Source: a virus (taxonomy: Duplodnaviria > Caudoviricetes). Taken from it: a stretch of DNA of 62,018 nt. The DNA lies in the IMG/VR virus record IMGVR_UViG_3300035228_000644, positions 1 to 62,018 of that record; one strand, written 5' to 3'. The translations under genes were made by a program, and so were the position numbers. Positions 35,822 through 48,300 of the stretch are shown in pieces. The first letter of the stretch is position 1; each line of letters begins with the position of its first letter. The notes beneath the pieces were generated by a model, which saw only the letters and a program-made list of their open reading frames with translations, searched no databases and was not told the DNA's origin.

Positions 35822-38800
35822 TCAAGCGAACGATTGGACAGTTAAAGTAGTAACATCATTAGCACTGACGACTTCTCCAACTTTGAAGAATCCGTCAACA
35901 GTATCAACGGTAATTGCGCTAGCAGCAAGAGCAGTGATAACACCTGTGGTGCCACTGGTAGCACCTGTCACAGTTGCACCAACTTCCATTGTAGTAACGT
36001 CAGTCAGTTGCAGAGTTGCATTAGTAGCAACAGTAGCAACATTAACTGTACCACCTGCAGCAGGGTTGCTACCATCCAATCCAGTGGGTTGAACAATAGT
36101 GATTGTCTCACCAACAACATATCCAGTGCCACCGTCGTTAATAGTAACGTTGGTGATTGCACCAGCAGAAGCAGCAATATCAACAGTGAAGGATGCAGAT
36201 CCAGATCCACCAGTTGTTGCAAGAGCAGTTCCTGTAACATAGTTAGAACCGCCTGCAAGAGATGCTAGGTTCAGTGACAATACTTTACCAGCATTGGGGT
36301 TAGTGACTGTTACAGACTCGCTAATGAGGAAACCAGAACCACCTGCATTAACTGCAGCGGCAGTAATAATACCATTAACAACAGTAGTATTAACTGTTAG
36401 TGAAGTACCTGTACCACCTGTTGTAGCAACCGCAGTTCCAGCAACAAATCCTCCCAGACCACCATTTGTGACGGAAGTGGTAACAGCAGCACCAGGTGTA
36501 GGATCACCAGAGAGGTTCAAGGTTAGAGTGGTAGTAGTTGCAAGATTAGTGAGCATTGCTTGTAGTTGAGCAAATGCATTATCCAGTTTGGTCTGTACTC
36601 TTGCCTCAGTGTAATACTGATTAGTACCTTCTGAAAGATTGGTAGTTGACTTGCTGGAAAGATCCAGGTTTGCACCAGTCTGTAGATTGACTCTTGCATC
36701 AGCACGAGCACTTGTGTGATAGAGATTGGTAGAACCTTCACTCAGATCATCAGTGTCTGCTGCAGCAATCCTTGCGTCTGCACGAGCATTAGTATAATAG
36801 AGGTTAGTACCTTCTGCCAAATTAGCAGTATTCTTACCTGCGAGACTTGCATCAAAGCGTGCCTCAGTGTAGAAGATATTCGTAGAACCTTCAGTTACAT
36901 TATCGGTATTGATGTCTGCCTGAGTGACACTCAGAGCGCCTGCACCACTAAGTTCTACGCCTACGCCGTATGTAAAGTGTGTGCGGGTCCTAGCAGCGGT
37001 TGTAAAGAGGTTTGAGGAACCTTCGGTTACATTGTCTGTATTAACGTCTGCCTGAGTAACAGAGAGTGTATAGGTGCCTGCTGTGTCATCATATACCTTA
37101 GTAATACCTGTACTAGCAACCAACAGAGCATTAACTCTGTCATCAACACGCTCATTAGTGAAGTAAAGGTTAGATCCTTCAGTCAGATCTCCAGTATCAT
37201 GATTACTAATATCGGATGTTTGACCAGTAACATTACCAACCAATGCTGCAGTAATAATACCAGCAGAGAAATTACCAGATCCGTCACGAAGGACAAGGTT
37301 GTTTGATGAGTTATTTGCAGTAGAAGCAACGTTGATTGTAGTGTTGCCAGAAACACCATCAGCATTCGTCAGTGTAATACCAGAAGATGCTGTAACAGCG
37401 AGTGTGCGCTGTGCATAGGTATTTGCAGCAGTCCTTACAACATAACCAGTGCCTGACATTGCGGCGAGTGCAGTAATGTCTGCATCATTATAAGTCGTAG
37501 TGATTGTTACTGCTGCTGATCCATCGAAGGATACATTACCGTCAACAACACCATCAACTGTGATGACTCTTGCAGTCTTCAGTGCATCAGCAGTTGTTGC
37601 ATTTCCTAAGAAACCTGCACCTGCACCTACTGCAGAAGCAGCAGTAATTTGATTTGCAGCAAAATCTCCATTACTGTCACGAGCAACAACAGTAGTTGCA
37701 GTTGCTGTAGAAGCAGTTGTCATGCTATCCAAAAGGTCAGCATTGAGGTTATTAATCTTAGTCGTGTTAGGAATAACCAGAGCAGCACCAGAAGAAACCT
37801 GAGAGATGATCTGACCATCTACGGTCAAGGTGCCATCAATATTTGCATTGGCATCAACATCAAGTGCTGTACCAGAACCAGTAAGATTGAGATTACCAGC
37901 ACGAAGTTGTCCATCAGTACCAGAAAGAACTTCTGATGAGTTAGTTGCACTTGTTATGAATGCGAATTGGTTGGCGGATCTGTCATATCCGAAGAACCCA
38001 ATTTTCGCAGAGCCGTCGTAATAACGGAATTCAACACCACGATCCTTACCATCGTTAGACGATGGTGCTGTGTCACCACCCACAGTAATAATAGGGTCAT
38101 CGAGAGTTGTGACCGTAGAATTGACAGTAGTGGTTGTTCCATTGATAGTGAGGTTTCCAGTAACAGTAAGATTGGACTCAGCAGTTACATCACCACCGAT
38201 GTCTAGGGTGCCACGAATATCAGTGTTACCGTTATCAGTATCTACAGTTAACTTGTTCGCAGCAGATGCGTTTTGAATAGCAAATGTTTTGTTATCTGCA
38301 GTGATAGTAACGTCATCATGAGTTACCAAAGCACCAGAAATATCTGCAGAGTTATTGAGATCCAGAGCACCAGTTAATTCAGTGCCCCCATAAACTCTAG
38401 CATCACCACTAACTGCAAGGTTCTTACCAATAGCAGCACCACCAGTTAGTTGGAATGCACCATCAGCAGCATAAGAACCAGTTAAGGTCTGCTGTGTATT
38501 TCTTGTGAAAGTGACAACACCAGATGTACCCAAGGTGTCATTAATCTGAGTTGCATCACCAATAGTTACTGTACCGATGATGTTTGTGTTGCCATTGTCA
38601 GTATCAACCTCAAACTTCGCAACTGCAGAACCGTTTCTTACAGAGAAGAGTTCATTAGAAGCATCAACAATCAGAGAATCATTGATAGTTGTCTGACCCT
38701 GAACAACCAATGTACCATCAGTTGCAATGTTACCTGAAGAAGAGGCAACAGTCATCTTATCCGTACTACCACTTCTAACAGCAAAGTTGGCATCAACATC

Positions 38801-41800
38801 AACGGTGTTATTAAACTCGGTTACACCAGTAACTGTTAACTGGGCACCAAGTGTGACATTGTTATCAACATTGAGAGTTGAGTTTAACTCAGTATGACCA
38901 TCAGCAGTTAATGTACCTTCAATATTTGTATTACCTGAAGCAGCAGTAACAAAGAATTTATCAGTAGTTCCCGATCTAACAGCAAAGTCACCGTCCTGAT
39001 CAAGCGTGCCGTTTAAATTTACATTATCATTAACAGTTAGTGTGCCTTCAATTGTTGTATCGCCAGTTGCACCAATAACGGTAAACTTCTCAGTGTCACC
39101 ATTGTTTAGTTTACCAACAGAGAATCTTTCATTAGATCCAGTAGCACCAACATACAGGGATTTCATAATACCTGCACCACCATGTGCTTTTAAGGTGGAA
39201 GTATTATGGGATGCGTAGGAAGGACTTGCCTGATAAGTGTCACCGAAACGACCTCTATACCTAACTCTCAACCAGTTAAGTCTAGATTCAGTCTCGTCCG
39301 CACTATCCTTAATCTCAAGAGGACCGTTAACATGTAATGTGCCATCAATTAGAGCAGATCCAGCAACATATGCACCACCATCAACTCTCAGAGATCCGTA
39401 GTCATTAGATTGAATCTCCCATACACCAGTGCCAGAATTCTTAGCAGTGGTAATATCGTTAGTGCTTTCAGAGTGAATGTTACCTGAGATTGCAACATCA
39501 CCGTTAGCATCAATATTATTAGTGAAGGTTGCAACGTCTGTGACACCCAATGTGCCAGCAATAGTTGTGTTACCAGAAGCAGCAATAACGTTAAACTTGT
39601 TACTATTAACGTTAAGGTTTCCTGTGATATCAGTTACACCTGCAATAGATGCATTACCAGTTGTAGATTGGAATTCAACCTTAGTTGTACCACTACCATT
39701 ATTCAGTTGCAAAGTCTTAGAAGCACCTTGGATGACCATGTTGTCATCGAAGCGAGAGGTACTAGTAACACGCAATGTACTATCTACATCTAACAGACCA
39801 CCAATATTAACTGCGCCTGTGATACCTACACCACCAGCAACAACCAAATCACCAGTTGTATTGGAGGAAGATGCAGTACCAGTTGTAAGTTTTAAATTAC
39901 CTGCAATGATACCCGAATCAGTACCAGTAAAGACTTCGGCAGTATTTGTAGCAGCATGAAGGAAACGATATCCGCCAGCATGAGCAGCTAAATCTGCATA
40001 ATTAGTATCCCAACCAAAGAAACCTAAGCGTGCTTGAGAATCATAATAGTTGAATTCAATACCACGATCTAAATTGTCGTCAGTTGTAGGTACGGTATCA
40101 CCACCAAGTAAAATGGTGACATCATCCACACTCAGTTGTGTAGAGTTGACTGTAGTTGTAGTACCATCAATCTGAAGATTGCCATGAATACGAACAAGAC
40201 CAGTTATTGCACGATCATCACCTGGATCTAAATGCATAGTTGCATCTGTAGTTCCAAGGTAGTTTGTCTGGAATCTATAGTCCTCTACATGAACTTTACC
40301 TGTTGCTTCCGACGCACTAATCTGTACGGTATCTTCGGCAGTAATAATAATGTTGCTGGTTCCATCTCCAGCATTAGTTGTCAAAATATTAAAGTTTCTA
40401 TTTGTAGCAGTATTCTGACTTAACTGGAAGGTAAGGTTACCATCCCCAGTCTTATCCAATGTCTGATTAAGAGCGCCGTCGAGAGTAATATCAGCGTCAG
40501 AGAAATACGACCGTACATTAACATCAAGTTCGCCAGCTCCGCCGTCCCCCGTATTATTAGCGCCAACGAGTAGATTACCGCTCGTATCATTAACTTTAAG
40601 ATAGTTAAGATAATTGAATCCTCTGTATCCAGTGGTTGCAGTAAGTTCTTGATCAAGTTCAAAATCTTCTTTTGTAGTTCCATCAGCAAAAGAAATTCTA
40701 TTATTTTGTAATTGTGTATTATCAACACCAACAGCAGCAATAGTTACATGTCCGTTGGCATCAACATCAAAATCTTCTTGTGCGAAAGAAGCAAGTCCTT
40801 TCTGCTCTACTGTTGCAGCACCGAGATATCTCCAAGCACCAGCATCTGTAGCATCAGTATGAGTTGGAGCACCTTGTCCTGCAGCAATACTAGCGATTGC
40901 TTGATATACTCCAGTACTTTCTTCAATAATATCATATCTTGCATACGTTGTACCTGCTGCATATGCCGCATACTTACTACCTTCAGTAGCAGTAGCAATA
41001 GGTACGTTTGTTGCACTTGTTAGTCTGCCATATCCATCAACTGTAAATTTCGTTGCGTTTACAGTCTCGGTGCCAAATGGTTCGTTGTTAGATCCAAGAG
41101 CATCAACTGATGTGAGAGATTCTGTATTGTAATTACCAAGAACTACAGGAGTAATAATAAGATCGATAGTGGGATTTCCACTAATACCACCACCATCATT
41201 GACGGCAATTCTAGTTGATGTACCAGTAATGGTACGAGTTACCATTGTGTTAGTAGCAGTTCTACTAATTAATCCACTTGTTGTAAGATTCGCAATTGCC
41301 TGTAAGTCATTATCAAATGGTTGAGCACCAGTTCCTTCAATACTCGTGTTTAATCCATACTCAGCAAGAGTTGTTGGATTAGAAGCATTGGTAACTCTAC
41401 CTTTAGCATCTACAGTAACCTTAGTATAAGTTGCACTAGAGGTTGCTGTATTATCATGGTGGGGAAGAGTTGAAATTAAATCTAATGTAGATGTAATTTG
41501 AATATTTTGTGATCCGTCAAAAATTTGAGATCCAACAATATCTCCAGTCAACTGGATTTGTCTAGAAGAAGCAAGTCTAGAAGAGGTGGCAGAGTTACCA
41601 ATAAGGGTTGCTGTAATCGTACCTGCTGAGAAATTACCATCAGCATCTCTTTGAACAAGAGTATTTGCTGTATTTGATACCGACTCAATCGGTCGTTCAT
41701 ATCTTAAGGTGTTCCAAGCTGTTACACCGTCACCAATTTTAATACGACCAGTATCTAGTTCGACGCCAAATTCGCCTTGAGCAAGGATTGGATTAGCGTT

Positions 41801-41848
41801 TGCCCACTCTTGAGCTCCACCACGTCTTAATTGAATTCTATTTGCCAT
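35822..41848 (-). CDS. long tail fibre protein (2008 aa)
   Basis: N-terminal RIQLRRG...NPILAQGE.GVELDTG..KIGDG fibre-anchor motif; many internal Gly/Thr/Asn repeats. Confidence 0.85.
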   Translation of the reverse strand: MANRIQLRRGGAQEWANANPILAQGEFGVELDTGRIKIGDGVTAWNTLRYERPIESVSNTANTLVQRDADGNFSAGTITATLIGNSATSSRLASSRQIQLTGDIVGSQIFDGSQNIQITSTLDLISTLPHHDNTATSSATYTKVTVDAKGRVTNASNPTTLAEYGLNTSIEGTGAQPFDNDLQAIANLTTSGLISRTATNTMVTRTITGTSTRIAVNDGGGISGNPTIDLIITPVVLGNYNTESLTSVDALGSNNEPFGTETVNATKFTVDGYGRLTSATNVPIATATEGSKYAAYAAGTTYARYDIIEESTGVYQAIASIAAGQGAPTHTDATDAGAWRYLGAATVEQKGLASFAQEDFDVDANGHVTIAAVGVDNTQLQNNRISFADGTTKEDFELDQELTATTGYRGFNYLNYLKVNDTSGNLLVGANNTGDGGAGELDVNVRSYFSDADITLDGALNQTLDKTGDGNLTFQLSQNTATNRNFNILTTNAGDGTSNIIITAEDTVQISASEATGKVHVEDYRFQTNYLGTTDATMHLDPGDDRAITGLVRIHGNLQIDGTTTTVNSTQLSVDDVTILLGGDTVPTTDDNLDRGIEFNYYDSQARLGFFGWDTNYADLAAHAGGYRFLHAATNTAEVFTGTDSGIIAGNLKLTTGTASSSNTTGDLVVAGGVGITGAVNIGGLLDVDSTLRVTSTSRFDDNMVIQGASKTLQLNNGSGTTKVEFQSTTGNASIAGVTDITGNLNVNSNKFNVIAASGNTTIAGTLGVTDVATFTNNIDANGDVAISGNIHSESTNDITTAKNSGTGVWEIQSNDYGSLRVDGGAYVAGSALIDGTLHVNGPLEIKDSADETESRLNWLRVRYRGRFGDTYQASPSYASHNTSTLKAHGGAGIMKSLYVGATGSNERFSVGKLNNGDTEKFTVIGATGDTTIEGTLTVNDNVNLNGTLDQDGDFAVRSGTTDKFFVTAASGNTNIEGTLTADGHTELNSTLNVDNNVTLGAQLTVTGVTEFNNTVDVDANFAVRSGSTDKMTVASSSGNIATDGTLVVQGQTTINDSLIVDASNELFSVRNGSAVAKFEVDTDNGNTNIIGTVTIGDATQINDTLGTSGVVTFTRNTQQTLTGSYAADGAFQLTGGAAIGKNLAVSGDARVYGGTELTGALDLNNSADISGALVTHDDVTITADNKTFAIQNASAANKLTVDTDNGNTDIRGTLDIGGDVTAESNLTVTGNLTINGTTTTVNSTVTTLDDPIITVGGDTAPSSNDGKDRGVEFRYYDGSAKIGFFGYDRSANQFAFITSATNSSEVLSGTDGQLRAGNLNLTGSGTALDVDANANIDGTLTVDGQIISQVSSGAALVIPNTTKINNLNADLLDSMTTASTATATTVVARDSNGDFAANQITAASAVGAGAGFLGNATTADALKTARVITVDGVVDGNVSFDGSAAVTITTTYNDADITALAAMSGTGYVVRTAANTYAQRTLAVTASSGITLTNADGVSGNTTINVASTANNSSNNLVLRDGSGNFSAGIITAALVGNVTGQTSDISNHDTGDLTEGSNLYFTNERVDDRVNALLVASTGITKVYDDTAGTYTLSVTQADVNTDNVTEGSSNLFTTAARTRTHFTYGVGVELSGAGALSVTQADINTDNVTEGSTNIFYTEARFDASLAGKNTANLAEGTNLYYTNARADARIAAADTDDLSEGSTNLYHTSARADARVNLQTGANLDLSSKSTTNLSEGTNQYYTEARVQTKLDNAFAQLQAMLTNLATTTTLTLNLSGDPTPGAAVTTSVTNGGLGGFVAGTAVATTGGTGTSLTVNTTVVNGIITAAAVNAGGSGFLISESVTVTNPNAGKVLSLNLASLAGGSNYVTGTALATTGGSGSASFTVDIAASAGAITNVTINDGGTGYVVGETITIVQPTGLDGSNPAAGGTVNVATVATNATLQLTDVTTMEVGATVTGATSGTTGVITALAASAITVDTVDGFFKVGEVVSANDVTTLTVQSFA
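36590..37200 (-). repeat. six copies of a T-x-(D/N)-(L/V)-x-EG-(S)-x-N-x-(Y/F)-x-T-x-x-R protein repeat in the fibre
   Basis: DTGDLTEGSNLYFTNER, NTDNVTEGSSNLFTTAAR, NTDNVTEGSTNIFYTEAR, NTANLAEGTNLYYTNAR, DTDDLSEGSTNLYHTSAR, STTNLSEGTNQYYTEAR. Confidence 0.85.
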
Positions 41849-41884
41849 TTTTTACGACAACTCTAAGAGATTATGCTTCTGAGT

Positions 41885-41891
41885 TATTTAT
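41885..41891 (-). promoter_or_regulatory. late promoter (ATAAATA)
   Basis: Upstream of the fibre gene, just after a terminator. Confidence 0.7.
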
Positions 41892-41897
41892 GCCATT

Positions 41898-41921
41898 AAA
41901 AAGGGGGACGTTGCCCCCTTT
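41898..41921 (-). terminator. intrinsic terminator
   Basis: AAAGGGGG-CAACGT-CCCCCTTTTT. Confidence 0.75.
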
Positions 41922-41923
41922 GA

Positions 41924-42154
41924 TTAATCTGTTGTTCCTACTGCAAGATCCTCATCTTCTTCATCTTCTGGCGGTGCAGACTCAGTTTCTGGATTATAGT
42001 ATTCCAATGCTTCAATTGCACCTTGAAGTTTCAGTGCTGTGGATTCATTAGCACGCATTTGTTCTCCAAGTTTTTTATTCTCTTCAATCAATGCAGCGAA
42101 ACGCTCTTTAAATTGTTGAAGCATTTCGTCTTGAGAGACTTTTTCAATCGTCAT
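41924..42154 (-). CDS. small coiled-coil protein
   Basis: Heptad pattern ending ALKLQGAIEALEY, then an acidic tail. Confidence 0.75.
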   Translation of the reverse strand: MTIEKVSQDEMLQQFKERFAALIEENKKLGEQMRANESTALKLQGAIEALEYYNPETESAPPEDEEDEDLAVGTTD

Positions 42155-42399
42155 AATGTTTTACTTTGATTTTGGACTAACGTTAGTAAGAGGGATTTGA
42201 TATCACTCATATCAGATTTTAGATCAGAAACCTCTTTTTGTAAAGCTTTCTTCTCCATTTCTTCTTGTTGCCTCTTATTGTAAGATGCCATATATTTATC
42301 ATATTCATCCTGACTACCTTTTAGGATAGCAGTGGAAGAAGGATCTCTATAGACACCCTCCTTCCCTTCAACTGGAATTAACTCTTCAAAATCGTTCAT
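42151..42399 (-). CDS. small coiled-coil protein
   Basis: IPVEG..GVYRDPSSTAIL...LKSDMSDIKSLL; follows the VrlC-like gene. Confidence 0.8.
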   Translation of the reverse strand: MNDFEELIPVEGKEGVYRDPSSTAILKGSQDEYDKYMASYNKRQQEEMEKKALQKEVSDLKSDMSDIKSLLLTLVQNQSKTL

Positions 42400-45300
42400 T
42401 AGGTTGCAAGTGCGATAGCACGAAGGTCTGCGATTAGTGGGATTCTTGCTTGACTGGTAGATTTCATAACAATCTTAAGTTGGAATGCGTTGAAATTCAA
42501 ACCACTTACTTCATAATAATAATCTTTCCAAAGAATTTCTTCTGAAGCAGAAGCGTCATATTGTAGTGGTAACGGCATCATAGTCCAACCAAGAGAATTT
42601 ATATCATCATTTGTACCAGTGCTAAATGCTCTGTAGTAAATTCTAACCTCTGCTTCTGGTGGTCGTGACATTTGGAAGTCGACTCTCAGAGATCTAGATT
42701 CTCTAATCAATCTAGCAAGTCTTGTAATATATACACAATCATTCTGATCACCGAAAGGTAATGTAGAAACATCTTGTGTACGATCAATCTGACCTTGCTG
42801 ACCATAAGGTGATGGACCACCAGGCCAATTATTGATTCTATTACTTGTAGTAATTAATGAGCATCTATCAAGATCAACAACTGGAGAAAGAGTTGACTTT
42901 GTAGTAGAAAGATCAATAGCCATTGTTAATGATTTCTGACCATCTAGTTTTGCCAATTCATTTACTTCGGAACAAACCAGTTTGGGATTTGGGAAGAAAT
43001 TCAGATCATTAATAGTAATAGTTTGATAAGAACCATCATTAACAAAAGAGTTTTGGTCACGAGGTGTAGATCCACCTTCACCACCACCATCACCAACAGA
43101 AGTTCCTGTTGTAGTATTAATCCTAGAAGTGATAGTAGTTTCAGGCATATTCATGACAGAGATCGTTGGCGTCAATGTTTCAAACTGAGTATTTTGTGTT
43201 GCAAATACTCTATTGCCACCTGCACGAATGCCACTATTAGCAACACCTGCCATTTGAAGCATATAAGTATCCATCCAAGGACATTCAAGACTTGTATGAG
43301 TCTTATTAATATCGATTAGGGGAATACCGTCAAGGTTATAACATTCAACAATAGCACCAGATGCATGTGTTACATCTACTGTACCATTAGAACCTCTTCC
43401 AGAAGTAGCAACAGTAATTGTCTTACCGTCAGAAGAAATGGCAGAGTATTTAATAATTTCATTATCAATCTTGACATAACCAGGATTGGCATCACTAACT
43501 GCTGCACCGTTGACGACTTGGTGGAAGGTTGATGAATCAGTTGCTGACAAACTAGTAGCAGCTGCTGCCAGAGCACTAGTGAGAGATGATGGAGAAATTT
43601 CAGAAACTACACCTTCAATCTTAACATTATTTTGTCTGCTATGCATACCATGATTTCTGTGGTAGACGAGAATTTCTTGCTCATCATTTGCATAATTCGG
43701 TGCTGAAGAAAGATATGCACCAAAGGAATCACCGCTTTCTAAACAGGATGTAACTGTTCCAGTCCATCCTCCAGTTTCACTTATACTTTCAGTATCTGTA
43801 AATGCACCAGTAATATAGTGAAGTACTAATGCATTAGATCCATTCCATGTCTTAACAATACCAACAGAACCAGAAGTCGCACCCGTAACAATATCACCCA
43901 CTTCTAATGTTCCAGTGGCACTACCTACAACCATAGTTGCAAGTGCCTCAGAAGATCTAATTAAGAAGGTGGTAGTTGTTCCTTGTAACCAATTACCAGA
44001 AACATCATTTACAGTAATCTTATCAATTACAGAACCTGAAGTAGTAGAACTTACGACAGTTGCTTGTGCATTTGATGTTTGTTGAAGTAAACGAGCACCT
44101 TGACTAAAGGTGTATTGATTGTTAGCTAAACCAGCACTAAGAACAAGTTTTGGTTTAATAGTTTGAATTGGATTATCAATTAATCTATGAATTCCATTAT
44201 TACCTCTACCTTGAGGAGTATTATTCAGAACAACCGTACCAGTAGTTGATGTAAAGTCTGCACGATAAATTGTGAACTTCAAATCTTCATACTGGTCAGC
44301 AGTCCATGTAGATGCGTTCTGAGACTTAAACAGAACACCAGCATATGGTTGCTCAGAGATTGTTCTAGTTCCAGTTACATCAACGTCTCCCATTCTAGAG
44401 ATCCAAACTTGATATTCGTTTGAGTCAGATAAGAGAACAAAGCAATATTCAACAGACGCCTTAATATAAACAGGTGCTCTAAATGTGAACCTAGTAGGAA
44501 CTGCAGCACTTGTAGAAATGTCAATTGTATCTGGAGTAATTGTAACATCAGAGAAAGGTAGAATAGTCTTTGTTGGATAACCATTCTCCATAGTACGAAT
44601 CTGCATAGAGATTGGAATATTTGTATCCTTAGTATTAAAGAATACATCTACACCACTCAGGAACATACCACCTTCTTCTTCAACGATAAACGATTGTGCA
44701 AGAGGGTCATACCAACCAATCTGCCTTTCCTCCACCCTAGTTGTTTGGACAACTCTATCTTCAGAAACAGTATCTCTAACTAGTTCAGCATTACGAACCG
44801 CCAAAACATTTTCCTGAACCGTTTGAAGTGTACCAGTTGCAGCATAAGTTGTATCTGCAGATGAATCGACCGTACCAGGTGCCTTACTATTTTCTTCAGA
44901 TGTCGTGAATCTAAAGGTTCTTGTGCCAGTTGCCCAACGTGGATTTGCATCATTCTTGGGAGAAGGAATGAACAAACAACCCTGGAGATTGCCAACATTA
45001 TCTGTCAATAAACGACGATCTTGGACGACTGCAACTGCACCAGAAGTTTGTCCAGTTAAAAGTTCTCCAACCTGAATATTACCAAAGTAATCTGGAGATA
45101 CTGTCTCCGAAATTGCAGTGATATCATGATTCAGATATGCAGTTTGAGAGGAATATGATGTGGGAAGAACTTCTGTACCTTTACCATAAGGGTTAGTCTT
45201 AAGACCATCATCAGGAGCAACAACTTTTAATTGAGCACCAGAATTAGAACCAATAACAGTCTCACCCACAACGAAAGGAGTTTCGTTAGTTCTAGCATCA

Positions 45301-48300
45301 GTTGTAGAGTTTTTGATAATTTCAATAACTTTAGGGGTAATATAAGTACTGACATTGACTCCATCAAAGAATGCATACATTCTTGTGCGTGGTTTCATAC
45401 GATCAACATTGAAACCAATATTACGTGAACGAATCCAAGGAATAGCACTTCTAGAAAGAACAGTATCACCTAAAGATCTACGCTCAATCTTAGGAACAAC
45501 TCTTGTACGGACACCTTGGCGTGCCTGATTGTTAACAACACGGAAGGTTTCGCGATTATGTAGATAGAAAAGTCCCTGTCTACGCTGACCGTGACCAGCA
45601 CGACCTAACTGACGACCAACACCATATGTACCAGATGCTGATGTTGTTTGAGTTGATGACAATAGGGTTTCACCAGTCCAGTTTGTCTGCCAAGATCCCC
45701 ACTGAATAGGAGCAAAACCATCTTGATCAACTTGCATATCTTCAGATACTGATGAGAAATCTCCTTCAATATTTTCTACCCTAGCTGGCATACGATCAGT
45801 ATCGATCCAATCATCGGATGCAGGTGTTAGATCAATACGACCAATAAATGTAAATACGTTGAATGGGTTTACATTTTCAGTCCTAGAAGCATATGGTTGT
45901 GTGACGATTGCTACATCATCATAAGGAAGCATCAGGACATTTCCTTCAGTCTTAACGATGTTTGTAGATTCTGCTGCATTATATTGAAGAGCAACATTAG
46001 TGGTGTAATGTTGAGCGCGTAACTGACCCTCTTTAAAGTCAAGGGAGCATTTATAATCAGGACTAAAGACAGCACCAGTAGTATGATCAGTAAAGTCATC
46101 TACTACATAACCATTCTTAAGTCTATCAAAACCATTTTCATCGTATGTTTTTGTATTTTCTGCTTGCGATTCAAGTAAAGACAACGATGTGTAATATTCA
46201 ACATGAGTAAGTCTGGTTTCCAGATCACCAATGTCCTTCATTGTATATCGTTTAATCACTTCAGTAGAGATAAGAACATCCCTTTCTGGATCAAACACAA
46301 ATGGTTTGTATTCAATTGATGCTAAGAGCATCGCATTTTCAACTTTTGGAGGTGGAATCAAGAAATATCCTGAAACACCTTTAGTTACAATTAGTTTGCC
46401 GTCATGAGAGAGATATAATTTATCAATTCTAGGAAGATACCATGAATAGTCACATCTGAATGATGAATCAACTTCCATAATATCAAAGATGGTGGCACCA
46501 CCACTACCACCAGCAGTACTGAATACCCTAGAAACAAAGTCAAAAGTTGTACAATTTACAAAGAATGGAGCACTAACAGTTCCGCTACCATTTCTCAGTT
46601 CTTGAACAGCAGGACGGAGATCAATTTGATCTCTAATATACTTAATAGAACCATCCAACTTGTAGTTTGGAATTTCTTTATATGAAATGCCACTATATGA
46701 TTCGGCAGAGAAATAATCACCAGATGCTTCATGACTTAGATAGTCAAAAATAACAAGTAGTCTTCTCGTGGGTGCAACTGTAGAGGGAAGACGAACAAGT
46801 TTAGAAACATCGTAGAAGTTAGTTCTTTGACCAGATTCAAGAGTGAACTGATCTGTGATAACTTTACTTCCAACAAATGTAGAATTTTCGCTATCATCGA
46901 TGATACCCGTAACTGCAGTACCAGCACTATTAAATCCATTAACAGTCTCACCAGTAATGAAAGGAATTTCATTCAATCCAACATAGTATAGTTTTAAATC
47001 TGAATTGGAGAAAGAGATAACTCGTCCTCTAGCACCAGATGTTTTACCAATAATAAGAGTGCTTGCAGCAAAGAATACAGATTCTGTTAGGACAACGTAT
47101 GGAGATGATGCGTCATTCTCATCAAATGATTCATAAATTGCATGAACTTTATAAACATCATTTATACCAAAAGAAACATCTTGATCTTGGACTCTAGTTC
47201 CATACAAAGAACTATAGATCAATCCTGTAGGTTGTTGAACTAAGTCCTCCTCCGATTTGAAGACTTTAAGTGCCTTCATCTTAGATGCTGTTTTAATCTT
47301 CTTAGATACTGTGTTCTTAGAAACAAGTGCCGTCAGAGTAATAGTTGCAACACTACCAAGACCATCAATAGATATAGATTGATTACCAGAACCAAAAGTT
47401 ACCGTTAAAGCACCGATGTCAACTTCAGCATCAAGGTCGACGTTCTGACCATTTGAATACACAACAGAACCACCATTAGCAATAATGGTAAGAATATAGT
47501 TGTCGCCAGATAACGCTCCAAAAGATTCCGATTCTGGTAAAGTGAGGGTGATAGCACCAGTTGTTACAGTTTTTGATGCAAAGTTTCTATAAACAAAGAA
47601 TGATTCATCATCCAAAGACTTCATTGTGTCTTCTGGAAGGTCAAAAGAAAGTTCTCCGTTTTGATAATCTTTTTGGAAAATGAATGGACGTAATCTAACC
47701 AATTCTCCATACTGACCATCATTAACAGTACCAACTTTTAAAGTACTATCAATTCTTGCAACTTGATTTGCAAAATCAAAAATCTCACTACTTGAAGGAA
47801 CAGTAGATTTTTTATTAATTGCTGTAGTTGCAATAGCAGCAGGATCAACTCTTAAAATACGATGAGTGTTTGTTCCTTCAAGGTCAGAAAGTGTCGGAGT
47901 AACAACATCACCAGGTCTCAAATCTTTTTCAAATCTTGTACGGAAACCAGTAATATCGTTAGTGCCAGCAGTAGCAACATCAAAAGTTGCACTATTACCA
48001 TGAATTGTAGCAACATCAAAGGTAAGAGCAGCACCTCCCCCACTACCTAGTTGAGCATCAGCAACTGTAATTGTTTCATTAACTATGAATCCAGTACCAT
48101 CATTAGTAATAGTAACAGTTGCAGCACCTGAACCATCAACTACAATGGAGAAAGTGGCAGCACTACCAGAAGCACCAGTACTATAATCTGATGCACCAAT
48201 TGTATATGTACCCGCAGTCCTACTACCATCAGCAGCACTGATAGTATCAATCGTGTTAATACCTGATGCGTTTGCATTAGCAATTGTGATCGTCTCATCA